NCBI GenBank assembly: GCA_002633005.1
Contig: NMRA01000462.1
Span: 289,594 to 353,593 of the forward strand
Length of the DNA stretch: 64,000 bases
Source of the DNA: Phoronis australis
Lineage: Eukaryota; Animalia; Phoronida
Direction: 5' to 3'
This document shows positions 26,265 to 38,230 of this stretch, piece after piece. The notes under the pieces are model-generated. The model had not been told where the DNA came from and made no database searches. It saw only the letters and a list, made by a program, of their open reading frames with translations. The number at the start of each line of letters is the position of its first letter. The first letter of the stretch is position 1. A program made the translations under genes and the position numbers.

Positions 26265-27293
26265 CTGAAAAGGGATCACATACAACAATCAGACATAACA
26301 ACTAATTCTGTTAACAGTAAAATGACTGGTAATAGCTGTTATGGCTTCAAAATTCCCATTACAGAATGACTTAGTCACATTACTAACTGTCCTGTTAATT
26401 CCCCTTCATACTCAGTCACCAGGGGAGACTACTCTGGTGATGAATTTCGCTTCTACCCCGCCAAGACGACGGGAATTCTGAGTCATTTTGTCTGAATATC
26501 TTTGGCGTGTACTGTATCTTTACTAAAGCCTTGTCTTGAAAGCTGCGAGACAACTTTTGATTTAGACCACAAACTGTAATAAAATCTCTCTTCCCATTCC
26601 TTACTCTGCTTAGAAATGATTTCTACGCAGGAGAACATGTAACAATTGACTAATCTTTCATACCAGGCCCATAAAGTTAATGTGTCATGGTACATTAGTT
26701 TTAGCCACTAAAACAGTATAACCATCAGAGGACTGCCAGGCACTAGGTTCTGTCAAACTTCAAGTCAAACAAAGGTTACCGGACGATGACTTTGCTTTGG
26801 AAGAGCAAATTCCAAGTGCAAAGAAAGTTGTTTTCGATACCAGAATGCGTTTTGAGGCTTGACATACAAAGAAAATCTCTTTGACATGGAATATAGAATA
26901 CTCATAACTGTCTGTTTAGTCTCCACGATGCAATATTGTTATTTGAATGAAGATAACAATAATATTTAACCAGTGAATAACATACAGTACCATCCTCAAA
27001 AAAGTCATTTGGAAAATAGTCTACACACAAGTGCTATTAAAAATTCGTATCCCATAACCTTCAACAACCCTTACTATTTGGGAGATGAAAAGACAACACT
27101 TATTGTGCACAAAAAGAATTGACATTTTCCTATTTTAAAAGGCCGATTTCGTTACTGCAAATAATAAAAAAATTATCATAAGTTCTTTATGGCATCTATA
27201 CAGTGAAAACCATGCCAGTAAATTAAGACAAAAATTTGCTTCATTTTTCATTTTTGATGAAAATTTTGACAAAATAGAATTTCCCATGTTGGC

Positions 27294-27475
27294 CATAATC
27301 TGTATTGTATACGGGCAACATAATCTGTATTGTAGACAGGCAACATAATCTGTATTGTAGACGGGCAACATAATCTGTATTGTAGACGGGCAACATAATC
27401 TGTATTGTAGACGGGCAACATAATTTGTATTGTACATTTTGGCCAACATAATCTGTATTATACACAGGCAACATA
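27294..27475. repeat. 25-bp minisatellite, about 7 copies
   Basis: Unit cataatctgtattgtagacgggcaa. Confidence 0.93.
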
Positions 27476-27507
27476 TTAATCTAATTCCACCAGTCTCACT
27501 GACTCAC

Positions 27508-27586
27508 CTGTCGACGGCGATACAACATGTACCTCAGCTTGATCTTCCACACGATTGCCGCGACTAACAAGAGAGACAGGAAACAA
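27508..27586 (-). CDS. ATRN: Attractin exon, TM and stop-transfer
   Basis: CFLSLLLVAAIVWKIKLRYMLYRRRQ, nearly identical to the vertebrate TM exon. Confidence 0.97.
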
Positions 27587-29593
27587 CTGAAATCAAAATG
27601 AAAGACACCATTGAAACGAGAGAAAAAAATCAATGTCTTGAGGACAAAGGAACGTCACACAGGAATATTACCGTATAGACACTTGTTTCTCAACATATAA
27701 CGTCTGCTGCACTACAACTAAGGAGAAACATTGCCTTCCCAGACTTGAAACTGTAATCATGCTTGAAAGTAAGACATGCAGCATGTTATGCCTCTGTTGC
27801 TATCAGGAAAGGTCCACATGGTGGGACAATATGGTCAGACAAACTTTTCTGCAGTTGTCTATATCAAAGAATAAAAAACGAGATGTCTGGATTGAAAATG
27901 CAGGACATCCGGATACAAAGCAGGCACATATGGGTCTATGCCATAATATTAAGCATGTCTGCCGCAACACCCAAAAATGTCAACAGCATGTGTTTAGTCC
28001 AACCGGAAAATAGGGCTATATTGCATAGAAAATCAGAAAATACATAACTTCCAAGTGACTCAAAAAGCAGGACACGGTAGGATGCGGGACCTTCAAAAAG
28101 CGGAAAAAAAACGCCAAAAGCGAAACATTTGGCAGGTACATATTTCTACTTCTGACTTAGTTTTGTGCCAAAGGCAGGATCAAACATAATTGCTACAATC
28201 CATCAAACAGGACTAAAGGTTGACCTGGGAATGACTTGAGAGGTCTAAAGCAAAAATATAAATAAATTTTAAAAATACAACTTTGGCTGAACAGAAACTG
28301 TATGGGCATTCTCCACTTATTTTGCAGAGAAATAATTGTCAAAATGGTCGTTTTCCCATTTTTCAAAGGTCTATTACCTTGCTGCAAACAATGAAAACAT
28401 CACCCAGTGTTTCTTTTATCACATCTACACAATGCAAACCAGGCTGGTGACAGACTAAAATGTTCTTAATATTAACTTTAGTGGAAAATTTTGACATCAG
28501 AATTTTACTTGTCAGCCATACTGTGCACAAAGTAAGTCGAGAATGATTGTATATTCCAACATCAGCATTCAGCTCTGATACTCTACGGAAGCACAGGACG
28601 ACAACTCATCAACAAAGCTTACAATGTTTCCAATAACTAGACTGGTGACAACTCCAAGAGGCAGTATCTTGGCACTTCAACTCGACAAATTGAAAAAGCA
28701 ATACTGCAGTCAATATTTTTAGCGGACTGCGACTTACGAAATCAAGATCCTAAAAATAAACATCAGCCACGTCTAACTTATGTCATTGAAAACGTCAATA
28801 TTCACGTGGTACATATTGGATATTACAGTTAGTGAGTGCACACATCATCATGTACATTGTGCAGAACAATTACTACAGAAATAACATATTTTTAATAACA
28901 GATTCATACATTGGATGTATAAAGCAAATAGCACAAACTTATGAACCATTGATCTCCGTAAATGTAAGTGGTATTTACCAAGAATAGTACTTTAGGATCT
29001 GAAAGCTTGTCAAAGATGACATCCTGACATGAAAATTTTATGGATAACTTCACTTTTTGATTTAACCATTAAAACAACGATGAAGGATGTACAAATTTAC
29101 AAGACCAGCACAGACAGACAACATCCTCTTGTTGTTTTCCACAAAAGGTACACACCTGGGATTTGATATCTGCAATTTTATATTACTTTAAAGATTACGA
29201 GTCCAATGGATTTGAAACCATGTCAATTATGTATAAATGACGAAATTTATAGAGCAAAATAATATAAGCTTTCTTCCAGCATTCATTAGACAGTTGGAAG
29301 TTACGCATATAAATATCTCACCAATTTCAGACAAAAATAATTTCCAAAATTACTTTTTCATTTTTTAATCACTTCTATTGGTGTTATGAATACCCACAAT
29401 TCCTCTAAATCAATGTTCGATGGCTGCTATGGTATAAACCTTTAAAAATGATATAGCATATATTTGGTGCAACTTATTTCTTAGGCAAAATGGAAAAAAA
29501 TCACTGGTCGGCCATACTGCGTCATAAAGTGGTGAGATTTTACCACTATAACTTGAACTTTGCAATACAACATTTCATTATGTAATTACTTAC

Positions 29594-29652
29594 CTGAAGA
29601 ACCAGATGAAAAAGTTAATCAGATCTATCATCTGCTGTTGGGAAAAGGATAT
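29594..29652 (-). CDS. ATRN: Attractin exon, TM start
   Basis: ISFSQQQMIDLINFFIWFFS (cf. IAFSQ...DLVQFFVTFFS); ttcacag| and |gtaagt. Confidence 0.94.
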
Positions 29653-30726
29653 CTGTGAAGAAAATATAAATAAAATCATATATTGAACCATTTGACGTGC
29701 TTTAAAAATATTTTGTTTGAAAATTATGCAGATACGTTAAAGTAGAAATAGAAAACTAGAAACCATTGAAACGCAACTTAACTGATTTACAAATTCAAAA
29801 ACAAGCCAAAAGGCAGCAGATTAATGTGAAATGCAATGTACCTTGAGTGGGGGGAAAATATTAAGCGAACTCTCAAAAGCTGTTTAGGCAGCTTTCAAAA
29901 ATCATGTGATTATTTCCAAGACAGTCATGTATGTGAATCCAAAACGAGACAAGTTTTTGTTTGAACATGGCATGTCTTTAGATAAATGTTGTTTTTTTAA
30001 ACCTACGGAAATATATATGATGCTGATTTGCAGGAAAAAGTATTCATTGGTACTGCATTTGCCATATCGTGTTAGATTTTACTATATTTCTATTTCTGTT
30101 GACAAAGGATGTTATGATATCCGAAAATTTCAGTGATCCATTTTTGTTATTTTAAAATATTTATATTTATTCTACTCTTCGGCACACAAGTGTATCCTTT
30201 AGAGGATCTGGATCGCCTCTTTTAGTTTCAGATTTATTTTCTACGTTATTTATCAGTACTTGAGACATATGAATGTCGAAATTGCTTGTATATCAATATA
30301 CAGAATGAAAAAACTTCAATTTCAGTTTGAATATCAGAGTCCCAAATTTTTAAGAATGCCCAAACTGGAGAATTTTTACTGCATTTAGCTCATGACTGAT
30401 TTAGCTTATGTAATGAAATATTGATGAGATAAACTTGAAAAATAATTTTGAAATACTGGACAATTTCAGCAAAATTAGTTATTTTGTTCTTTTTTTTTAA
30501 CTATAGCAGATTTCAAAACGAATTGGATGAATAGCTTCTTGTCAGATAGTTCTGGCACTGGCTATTGTTTACTTTAGAAATGAATCTTCTTTGATGAATT
30601 TTCTAATAATTCACATCATAGCATTGGCAGAGGTAGACAAAATTTGACAAAACTGGTAGATGTATTTCTCTGAAAATTTACCAAACTGCAATTAATCATC
30701 TCCAGCACAACTGAATTTCAACAAAC

Positions 30727-30878
30727 CTCGAACCAGATGGGGGTAGTGAAGTTATAAACGTCGACAAGAAACGTTGTGTTCTCAAACTCGGTGGCAAACT
30801 TGTAGCGGCTGTGAGAGAACCTGGCTTCGTAAAGACCACATGTCTCGCCAATCACGTAGTAGATGTCACCCCGAGTCG
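30727..30878 (-). CDS. ATRN: Attractin exon
   Basis: ATRGDIYYVIGETCGLYEARFSHSRYKFATEFENTTFLVDVYNFTTPIWFE (cf. NITFFVYVSNFTWPIKIQ). Confidence 0.92.
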
Positions 30879-32316
30879 CTATAAAAAGATGGTGAAGAAT
30901 AATTTCATGAAGCACCTATGTTCGGAATAACTTATTTTTTTTAACTTAGCTGCACACTGCAAGGGTTTTTCTCAAATAGGAGTTTATGTCTAAAACGTTA
31001 TGCACCAAATATCGATGATACTGTAAAATAATCGATTATGAAAAAACTTTTGATTAACCAGCTAATCGGATACAGAATTTTCATTCCATATGAACATAAC
31101 TTTCATTAAGATACTTCATAATTTTATACTATCATGATTTTATACTATATAATTACATAATCATGACATAATGCTGGCGTTGATTAATTTCTTATTAAAT
31201 GATTAATTATAGGTGACCTATGCCGATCGTGATTGGCTCAAGGAATAGCTGACTTCCTCACAGTTTTGAAAGATTGAAGTTACAATGTCCTAAATGAAAT
31301 TTCAAAAGCGCTGTTAGTTTTCTAAATTATCATTGCCTTTTCATTTTATAAAACTGGAGTTTCTTTCATATTTTTTTCATAAAAATAGTAAAACTTTCAG
31401 TTTTTGATAGTCCATAACACAACACAATACTTTTTAAAAGAATTGCCTACAGTGCATAAATCATAGCATCAGAAAGTTTCATATGAAATCAATCCGATCA
31501 ACCACATCTGAGATTTGATGTTCTTAAATTAGCCAAAATTGGATATTTTCCAGGGTCCTAAATAACCTTTAAATATTTTTATCAGTTACAATTGATGATC
31601 GGTAGCTTGACAATGCTCAATCATTGTTTTTGGCTCATTCGAACTGCAGCATGGATTGCCTTTGTACTTTGAAAGTAAATGGCTGCATGAGTCCATGTAC
31701 ATGGTTAGCATAAGTTGTTAATTATAAAGACTTTTTGTATGTTGAAAAATGACAATGGCGATTATAGAAAACAAACGTTCAAACCACATTCTATTTCCAA
31801 GTTTTCTCATAACTGATAGACTGCTTATCAAAATCTGTTTTTCTCGAAATCTTTAATCAGAGTGTATTTGCATTTAATGCGGTTTAACGGATTTGACTTC
31901 TAAGAAATATGAAATTGAAATAGATTTCATAGAGTGTATGTTCGATATAAGGTAGTGCTTATTGAGATTTGTTTTTGTTTGAAGCCCTTATCACTTTGGC
32001 ATGGTGATACTTAAAGGGTTTTAACAGATAAGTTTCTTTCCAAAGTCATGTGAATTCGAGGAACCGAAACAATTCAGATTTGTGTAATCTCGGCAATGTG
32101 ACTGAAAAAAATTCAGATGCAAACAAGATGCCAACTGTTTATAATCAAATCAAAACTTAACAGTAAGTAGTGATTGGTCAGCATAACAAAACTGTTTTGT
32201 TTTCTTTCAGTAACAATGCCATGCTTTTTAAATGGCTTAGCATGGACAGATTATCATAACCATTTCTTCTCACGTGGGCACACCAGAGAGGTCTGAGTAC
32301 ACCGAGAGATACCAAA

Positions 32317-32836
32317 ATGTCACATCTGACATCAATGCTTATTGCCGCTGGTACACTGAGTTTGCTGTGCAAGTCTGCAGCCTTAAACAAGAGGCAATTA
32401 GATGAGCCGATGTTGGAAAATTTTCAGAAAAAGGGGATTTTTTTGGAGAAGATGGTCAACCAGACAAATGATCAGACCTACGAGTTGGACAAAAAAATCT
32501 CAATGCAGGGCAAGAAGTGGGAAGGTGCTCCTCCCCATCACGACGAGAACTTGATGAAAAAGATAAACTGTCTGTCTCATGGATTCTTTTACAACGATTT
32601 CGGTTGCTACAAACTTGTCTACAGTAAATTATCACATGACAAGGCTACAGCGTATTGTCATCGCTACCACAGTCACTTAGTTGAGTTGCAATCAGTAACG
32701 AAACACGAAGCCCTGATATCCTTAATGGACGAGCACGGTGCACAGCACGGATACTACCATCTGGGTGCTGGAAAGGTCGGAGGTGTGTGGACCTGGACTG
32801 AATCAAGGGAACGCTTCACCTACACAAACTGGTTTG
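32317..32836 (+). CDS. Secreted C-type lectin-domain protein, coding exon 1 (nested antisense in an attractin intron)
   Basis: accaaaATG; hydrophobic signal peptide; CTLD N-half C..GF....GCYKL....LSHDKATAYC....SHLVEL.S...YHLGA....W.W......YTNW; donor |gtaaat in phase 1. Confidence 0.9.
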
Positions 32837-33853
32837 GTAAATTTGTTTTCATTATTGGGGTCTTACTGATTTTTGCTGAATTATGGCAACTACAAAATGT
32901 ACAACACAATTTCTTCGTAGAGTAATATTACAAAATGCATTACAACTTTTCAAAACTTGCACAATCACTCTAATTGTGGACGAGTGCACTCTGTATCATT
33001 TCATTCATCAATATATCCTTTTCATTTTGTTTTACCATCACTAACAGTGAATGGATTATGTATGCAGAGTCACCAAACCATTAGCTCGCAATCAATGATG
33101 TAAAAATACAGATTTTTTAAATCAAAAGAACATGTTCATCATTTCACCAAGTTTATACATAGTTACATTCAATATTCATTTGAATGTCCTAAACGATGCA
33201 CTTTTCTGAGTGACGCCCTCAAAGGTCACACCTATGGCAGTTTTTACAAACCACATAAGAACAACAACAAATTTTAAAGCACAGATTTTCAAAGACTATA
33301 AGTATTTTCACTGAACTACAGAATACACTCCTTCGTTCAGAACAGTCAGCATGTCTATGTTCAATGTGTATCCGATGCCAACCTGTAAGTTAAAGCTGGA
33401 TCTCCTTCAAGGTTATGTAGGACCCTAGAAAAATGTCCAATGTAGTCAACTTGGAAACATTGTATCGCAGAAATGGCTGATCAGATTCACATCTGATCAG
33501 ATTGACATGAAACTTTCAGATGCTATGGTATATATTACTGTTCTCCGAAACGCTGGCAAAAATTGTTTTTAAAATGTTCCACTTTTGCGTGAGGGGCTAT
33601 AAAGCTAGGACTTGTAAATGATTTTCATGAAAATTTTTTAAAGTGTTGTATAAAACAAAAACGAAACAAAAATTTAGAAAACTGTAAAAGCATTTTTGAT
33701 ATTTTATCTTGAACATTTACAGAACACAAACTTTGGTAAGTTATTGAGCCTTTTGATTTGCTATGAATGTACCTTTCTTTTTTGCTTAACATTCCTAAAA
33801 ATCAAGACCACATGTTGTAATTAACCCCTTCAAATGCCTCTTTATGGTTACAG

Positions 33854-33969
33854 GTTACCATGACAAAGAATGTGCCCAGTTCTACTATAACCCATTCAAC
33901 AGTATGCATAGGAAGTGGGATGACGATGACTGCAGCACATACAAGACCTACTTTGTGTGCGAGATCTAA
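33854..33969 (+). CDS. C-type lectin-domain protein, coding exon 2
   Basis: ttacag| in phase 1; GYHDKECAQFYYNPFNSMHRKWDDDDCSTYKTYFVCEI* completes the CTLD (EC, W-D-D-x-x-C, FVCE); spliced product is 211 aa. Confidence 0.9.
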
Positions 33970-34037
33970 GTAGAGACAGTGGTTTTCAAGGACAAGCACA
34001 TGCCTTGTTTCTTCAATTTAGAACACAACAGACGTTG

Positions 34038-35315
34038 CTTAGAGTGGTTTGGTTGACAGAGGGGCAGATGCCAAATAACAAGACTCGAAAACAGTAAAAA
34101 TGGCCACTAGGTGGTGCAAAATACCACAAATCAAACGGAACACCTGAGGATAGCGTCAGCTCACTAATAGATGCCTATCTGGCAAATTTTATGAAAGCCC
34201 GTTGAAGACCTTTGAAGATACAGAGGTAATATTAAAAAACTAAAATTGCCACTAGGGGGCACACCGGTAGTCCAATCCATCCGTCGTTTGTAGTCAACTT
34301 CATAAAAATACAATTGCCAAATTTAATAAAGATCTGGCAGAGGGTTTAGGAGATACAGCCATGGGCATAAAAAAACTGCCACTAGGAGGCCCCACAGTAT
34401 CGAGGTCGTCGGGAAATCATCGTCAGTCCTCCTCTTTAAATAAAGAACGTACATGCCAATTTCCACAATCATCCTTAGAGTGGTTAGGATGACAGAGGTG
34501 CAGATGTCAAAAAACAGATTTGAAAACAATAAAAATTTCCACTAGGTGGTGCAAAGTGCCTCAAATTCAACCGCAAACTGGATGATATTGTCACCTCACT
34601 AACAGATGTCTAACTGCCAAATTTTATGAAAATCTGTTGACAACCTTAGAAGATACAGAGGTAAACATAAAAAACTAAAATCGCCACTAGGGGGCACATC
34701 AGTTGTCCGATCCGTCCGAAAGTCATTGTCCTCTGTTGCCAGCTTCATATAAATTCACCAGGAAAATTCAATAAAGACCCTGTAGAGCATTCAGGAGATA
34801 TAGCCATGGGCGCAAAAACAAACAAAACTGCCAATAGGAGACGGCACAGTAGTCAAAGACGTTGGAAGATCATCGTAAACTGTCCTCTTCACAGTAAGAA
34901 CATATATGCCAATTTTCAAAATCATACCTAAAGGGGTTTGGTAGATAGAAGGGTGAATGTCAAAAAACAGACTTGAAAACAGTAAAAATGGCCACTAGGT
35001 GGCGCAAGGTGCCCTGAATCTGTCCGAAAACGGGAGGATGGTATCATCTCATTAATAGACGCCTAACTGCCAAATTTTATGAAATTCCTTTGACGACCTC
35101 CGAAGATAGAGAGGTAAGCGTAAAAAACTAGAGAACACACCGGTAGTTGGACAGGTTCGAAATTCATTGTCATCCGTCGTCAGCTTCATAAGAACACACC
35201 TGCCAAATCTCATCAAGACCCTGTGAGGGGTTTAGGAGATACAGCTGCGGACGCCGGACGCCCAGACAGAGATGACAGCAATTTCGAACACATTATAAAT
35301 ATGTGACCCATAAAA
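34038..35315 (+). mobile_element. Helentron/HINE-like non-autonomous element with internal tandem array (5'-truncated copy)
   Basis: About 440-bp internal units (cttagagtggtt at 34038 and 34474, diverged near 34928), ggac-type microsatellite and ataaaaa end; homologous to 42797-43988. Confidence 0.7.
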
Positions 35316-35921
35316 ACTTGAGACTTCGAGTAACAATTCGAAATTTCGAGTTGAGACTTAATGATGGGGTCAATGCATGCAAATCAGGATTAGACAGTTA
35401 TCCATGTCAGCCATCACACACTCAAATACAGAATTACACACACATGCCTTGAGGTTGTATCAAAATAGTTCAAACTAGGGTAAAAAGATTAAATCCAGGT
35501 CCTGGACAACATGGCTGATGTAGACCCCAGGTCCTGGACAACATATTAGTTGCTCACTTATGAGCACAACTCAGTGGCCTGTAAAACTCTGGCTGAATAA
35601 CTCGTATGCAACCAAAAAGTATGACTCACAAACATGTGAACGAATAGAGGGGAATCCGTGGGCCATGTTTATAGGTGCCAGAGCACTGTTTGCATGTCAT
35701 GGGCATGAAAAAAATAGGCCCCAACCTCTTGGACTTACGAATCATTTGATACAGTTACACACAGTATATTCGACCCATAGGACAACCTAAAGTTTGGACC
35801 GGAAACTTTGCAGGAAGTTTTGAATAATTTGAAAACAGGTGAGAGACTGAATTTACCTGTAGTAACAAAAAAGAAATCGTTACATGAATTACCTGACTGG
35901 GTAATAGAGCAATAGTCTCAC

Positions 35922-35991
35922 CTGTTCGGATTGTAATGTTCAGCAAGGCATACTTGGAACACTTGATCATAAATTCAACATCTTTGTCAGA
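35922..35991 (-). CDS. ATRN: Attractin exon
   Basis: SDKDVEFMIKCSKYALLNITIRT (cf. RDLDMFINASKNFNLNITW); tttcag| and |gtgaga. Confidence 0.9.
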
Positions 35992-36164
35992 CTGAAACAG
36001 ATATCGCATGGAGAAACTAAGGTGATGCAAATCTGCTAATGAGAAGAATACAATAAACAGCCCTTCTGTAACTTCAGGAAAACAAACCAAGCCATAATTA
36101 AACTAATTAAATTAAAAATAGCCCATCAGAACACTCAAATTTACCACCAAAAATTCACAAAAAA

Positions 36165-36397
36165 ATAATTGCAGGTGGCCTGGTAGACATTGTCAAAGAA
36201 GTGCGCAGGCTGCTCATGTGTGCCCATTGTACTGATCACTTGGAGCCATTTTTAAGCTTTATTAATATGTAGTTAAAATCCGAGCTGAGAATTCTAGATG
36301 CTGGAGACCAAGCTCAAGGGTCTAACTGTGTGCCCCGGTGGGACTTGAACCTACGACCTTGAGTTAAGGAAGTGGACACTTATCTCACTGGGCCTCA
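36165..36397 (-). mobile_element. tRNA-derived SINE
   Basis: Head ggcccagtgagataag...ggttcaagtcccaccgggg (A- and B-box-like) followed by a non-tRNA body. Confidence 0.6.
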
Positions 36398-37199
36398 CAA
36401 AGGTAACTACATGAAATTCAATTAAAATACGGTGCCCGACAAAGATTATTGAACAAAATGACTTGGAATACATCTGGTCGTGATTACCGAGCACAGGTGG
36501 AATACCCATGGTGGCGGCTGATAGAAGTCGTTGACAGACAATCTTATACTGGTACGTTTCGATGATTGATTGAACACAGAAAATGAAACGAGCATGTTAA
36601 GACACCACGCGAGTTACTGTTTGTTAATTACACAGTAGAAGACAAAAGTAATCAGACCAAATACCATTTTCCCATCAAGATGGCTAACCACGTAAATAGA
36701 AAAAATGCTGTAACTATTCGGGCGGCACAGTTATGACCGTCTAAGCCATATTACTGACATTTCCCTTCATTTTCAATCACAAGAAAAGACTACTCGGATG
36801 GTGAATTCAGCTTCCACCTAGCCGTTGTGACAGAGGATTCCAGGTCATTTTGTCTGCATATAACAAAACCAACCAAACAGAGATCATAGACTGCTTCAAA
36901 GGAAAGATTCACTACGGCGATAACTTCGACTTATTCCAGTTTGACAAATGAGATTTGCACATGATCCACGTAGAACTGTGTGGAACTTAAAAACTAAGGT
37001 GAGTGAGTTAAAACAGACTTGGTGAAGTAAAACCCTTCATGAGGAACAACCTCTGCTAATAGCTCATCAAGAGGAGCAACATCTGCTAATAATACACCAG
37101 TCTTGATACGGGTTAAGCAAAAAGGTATTCAAACAAAACCTCAGACTTTGATCAGAGGTTTAATTTGCAATTTTTCAAAAAGTGAGAAAAATCTCTTAC

Positions 37200-37294
37200 C
37201 CGAGTTGGAGTGTTCATGAAGCTTATTTGAGTAAAGAATGCATCCGTTTTCTTCGACAAGTTGAACGTGAAGCGAAAATCTGTTGTCAAATTAT
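37200..37294 (-). CDS. ATRN: Attractin exon, membrane-proximal ectodomain
   Basis: YNLTTDFRFTFNLSKKTDAFFTQISFMNTPTR (cf. vertebrate YTLLIDYQFTFSLS); donor gtaaga. Confidence 0.93.
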
Positions 37295-37373
37295 CTGAAA
37301 CACCAGAGGTTATCCCACATTATATCACATTATCTGAAACATCAGAGGTTATCCCATATTATAGCACATTATC
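37291..37373. repeat. 39-bp tandem duplication overlapping an attractin splice acceptor
   Basis: ttatctgaaaca(c/t)cagaggttatccca(c/t)attata(t/g)caca at 37291 and 37330. Confidence 0.9.
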
Positions 37374-37455
37374 AGCCTGCCGTGACCAATACAACAGTTA
37401 AATAACCCATTTTGTAATTCAACGCACATTGAATAACATTTTGGCAGGAAACCAA

Positions 37456-37515
37456 GGGCGGTTTTGAACCCGCTTCGCTAGATTTTCGAGTCGTCCACTT
37501 AACCGCTGCGCCACT
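37456..37515 (-). mobile_element. tRNA-like SINE head fragment
   Basis: tggcgcagcggttaag (A-box) ... ggttcaaaacc (B-box); no complete cloverleaf. Confidence 0.5.
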
Positions 37516-38058
37516 CAGCAGCTGAGTAAAGTGAAAATAGAATACTTAAATGAGGATGCAACATAATCGCACGTTTAACAAACAGCACTGTACCGACATT
37601 TATACCCTGTGAAAAATAAAACACACAATTTCAATAAAAACGACATCTTTAATTCAGTAAAATCTGTCAGTCATTTTCTCTCAGTTGTAAATCATCGACC
37701 TCCAGTTTGAATACGGGTAACGTGTCGTTGGGATCCTGTGACTTGGACATTATACTCAGTAAATAGTGGTAATGTACTTAAGCAGACGATATGTTAACGT
37801 TTAAAACTTGGCACGATAAGATATGTAGTAAGCTAGACTATTTGCTTAAAACTTATTTATAGATTCACTATATTTCTATTTTGTTTAAATTTTCAAGTGG
37901 TAAGTAAAAGCATTATTTTAACAAGAATAACTTAGCGTTTCTTAAAAGGTCACGACCTCTGACCCCAGGCCTCTGACATAGAAAGTAGTAACAAACGTCA
38001 AGGCGAGTTGAGAAACGTGGAACGATTCATTGCAATGTTTATCGTTCAGTATGTAGTA

Positions 38059-38230
38059 TATACAGATTATTACATGTTCTCAGTCGTTATCCCCCATATC
38101 TAGAGCCCTCATGTATTTTGTAAAATTATCGCCTGAGGGACTAATGCCACCTGGGGCGATAATTCTACAAAATTCACTCAGGCTCTAGATTACGGGGTAT
38201 AACGACTTCGCCATGTAATAATCTATTATA
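38059..38230. mobile_element. Short fold-back (hairpin) MITE
   Basis: Nested inverted pairs: agattattacatg/catgtaataatct, agtcgttat/ataacgact, tctagagcc/ggctctaga, aattatcgcc/ggcgataatt. Confidence 0.8.

Noticed and set aside
27135-27474. Repetitive Cys-containing ORFs
   Set aside because: They are translations of the 25-bp minisatellite.
32837-32925. C-terminal hydrophobic tail (possible TM) of the 202-aa lectin ORF
   Set aside because: This is read-through into the intron; the CTLD is only completed by splicing to 33854.
36330-37515. tRNA genes
   Set aside because: Only A/B-box-like heads are present, without intact acceptor and anticodon stems, so they are treated as SINE remnants.
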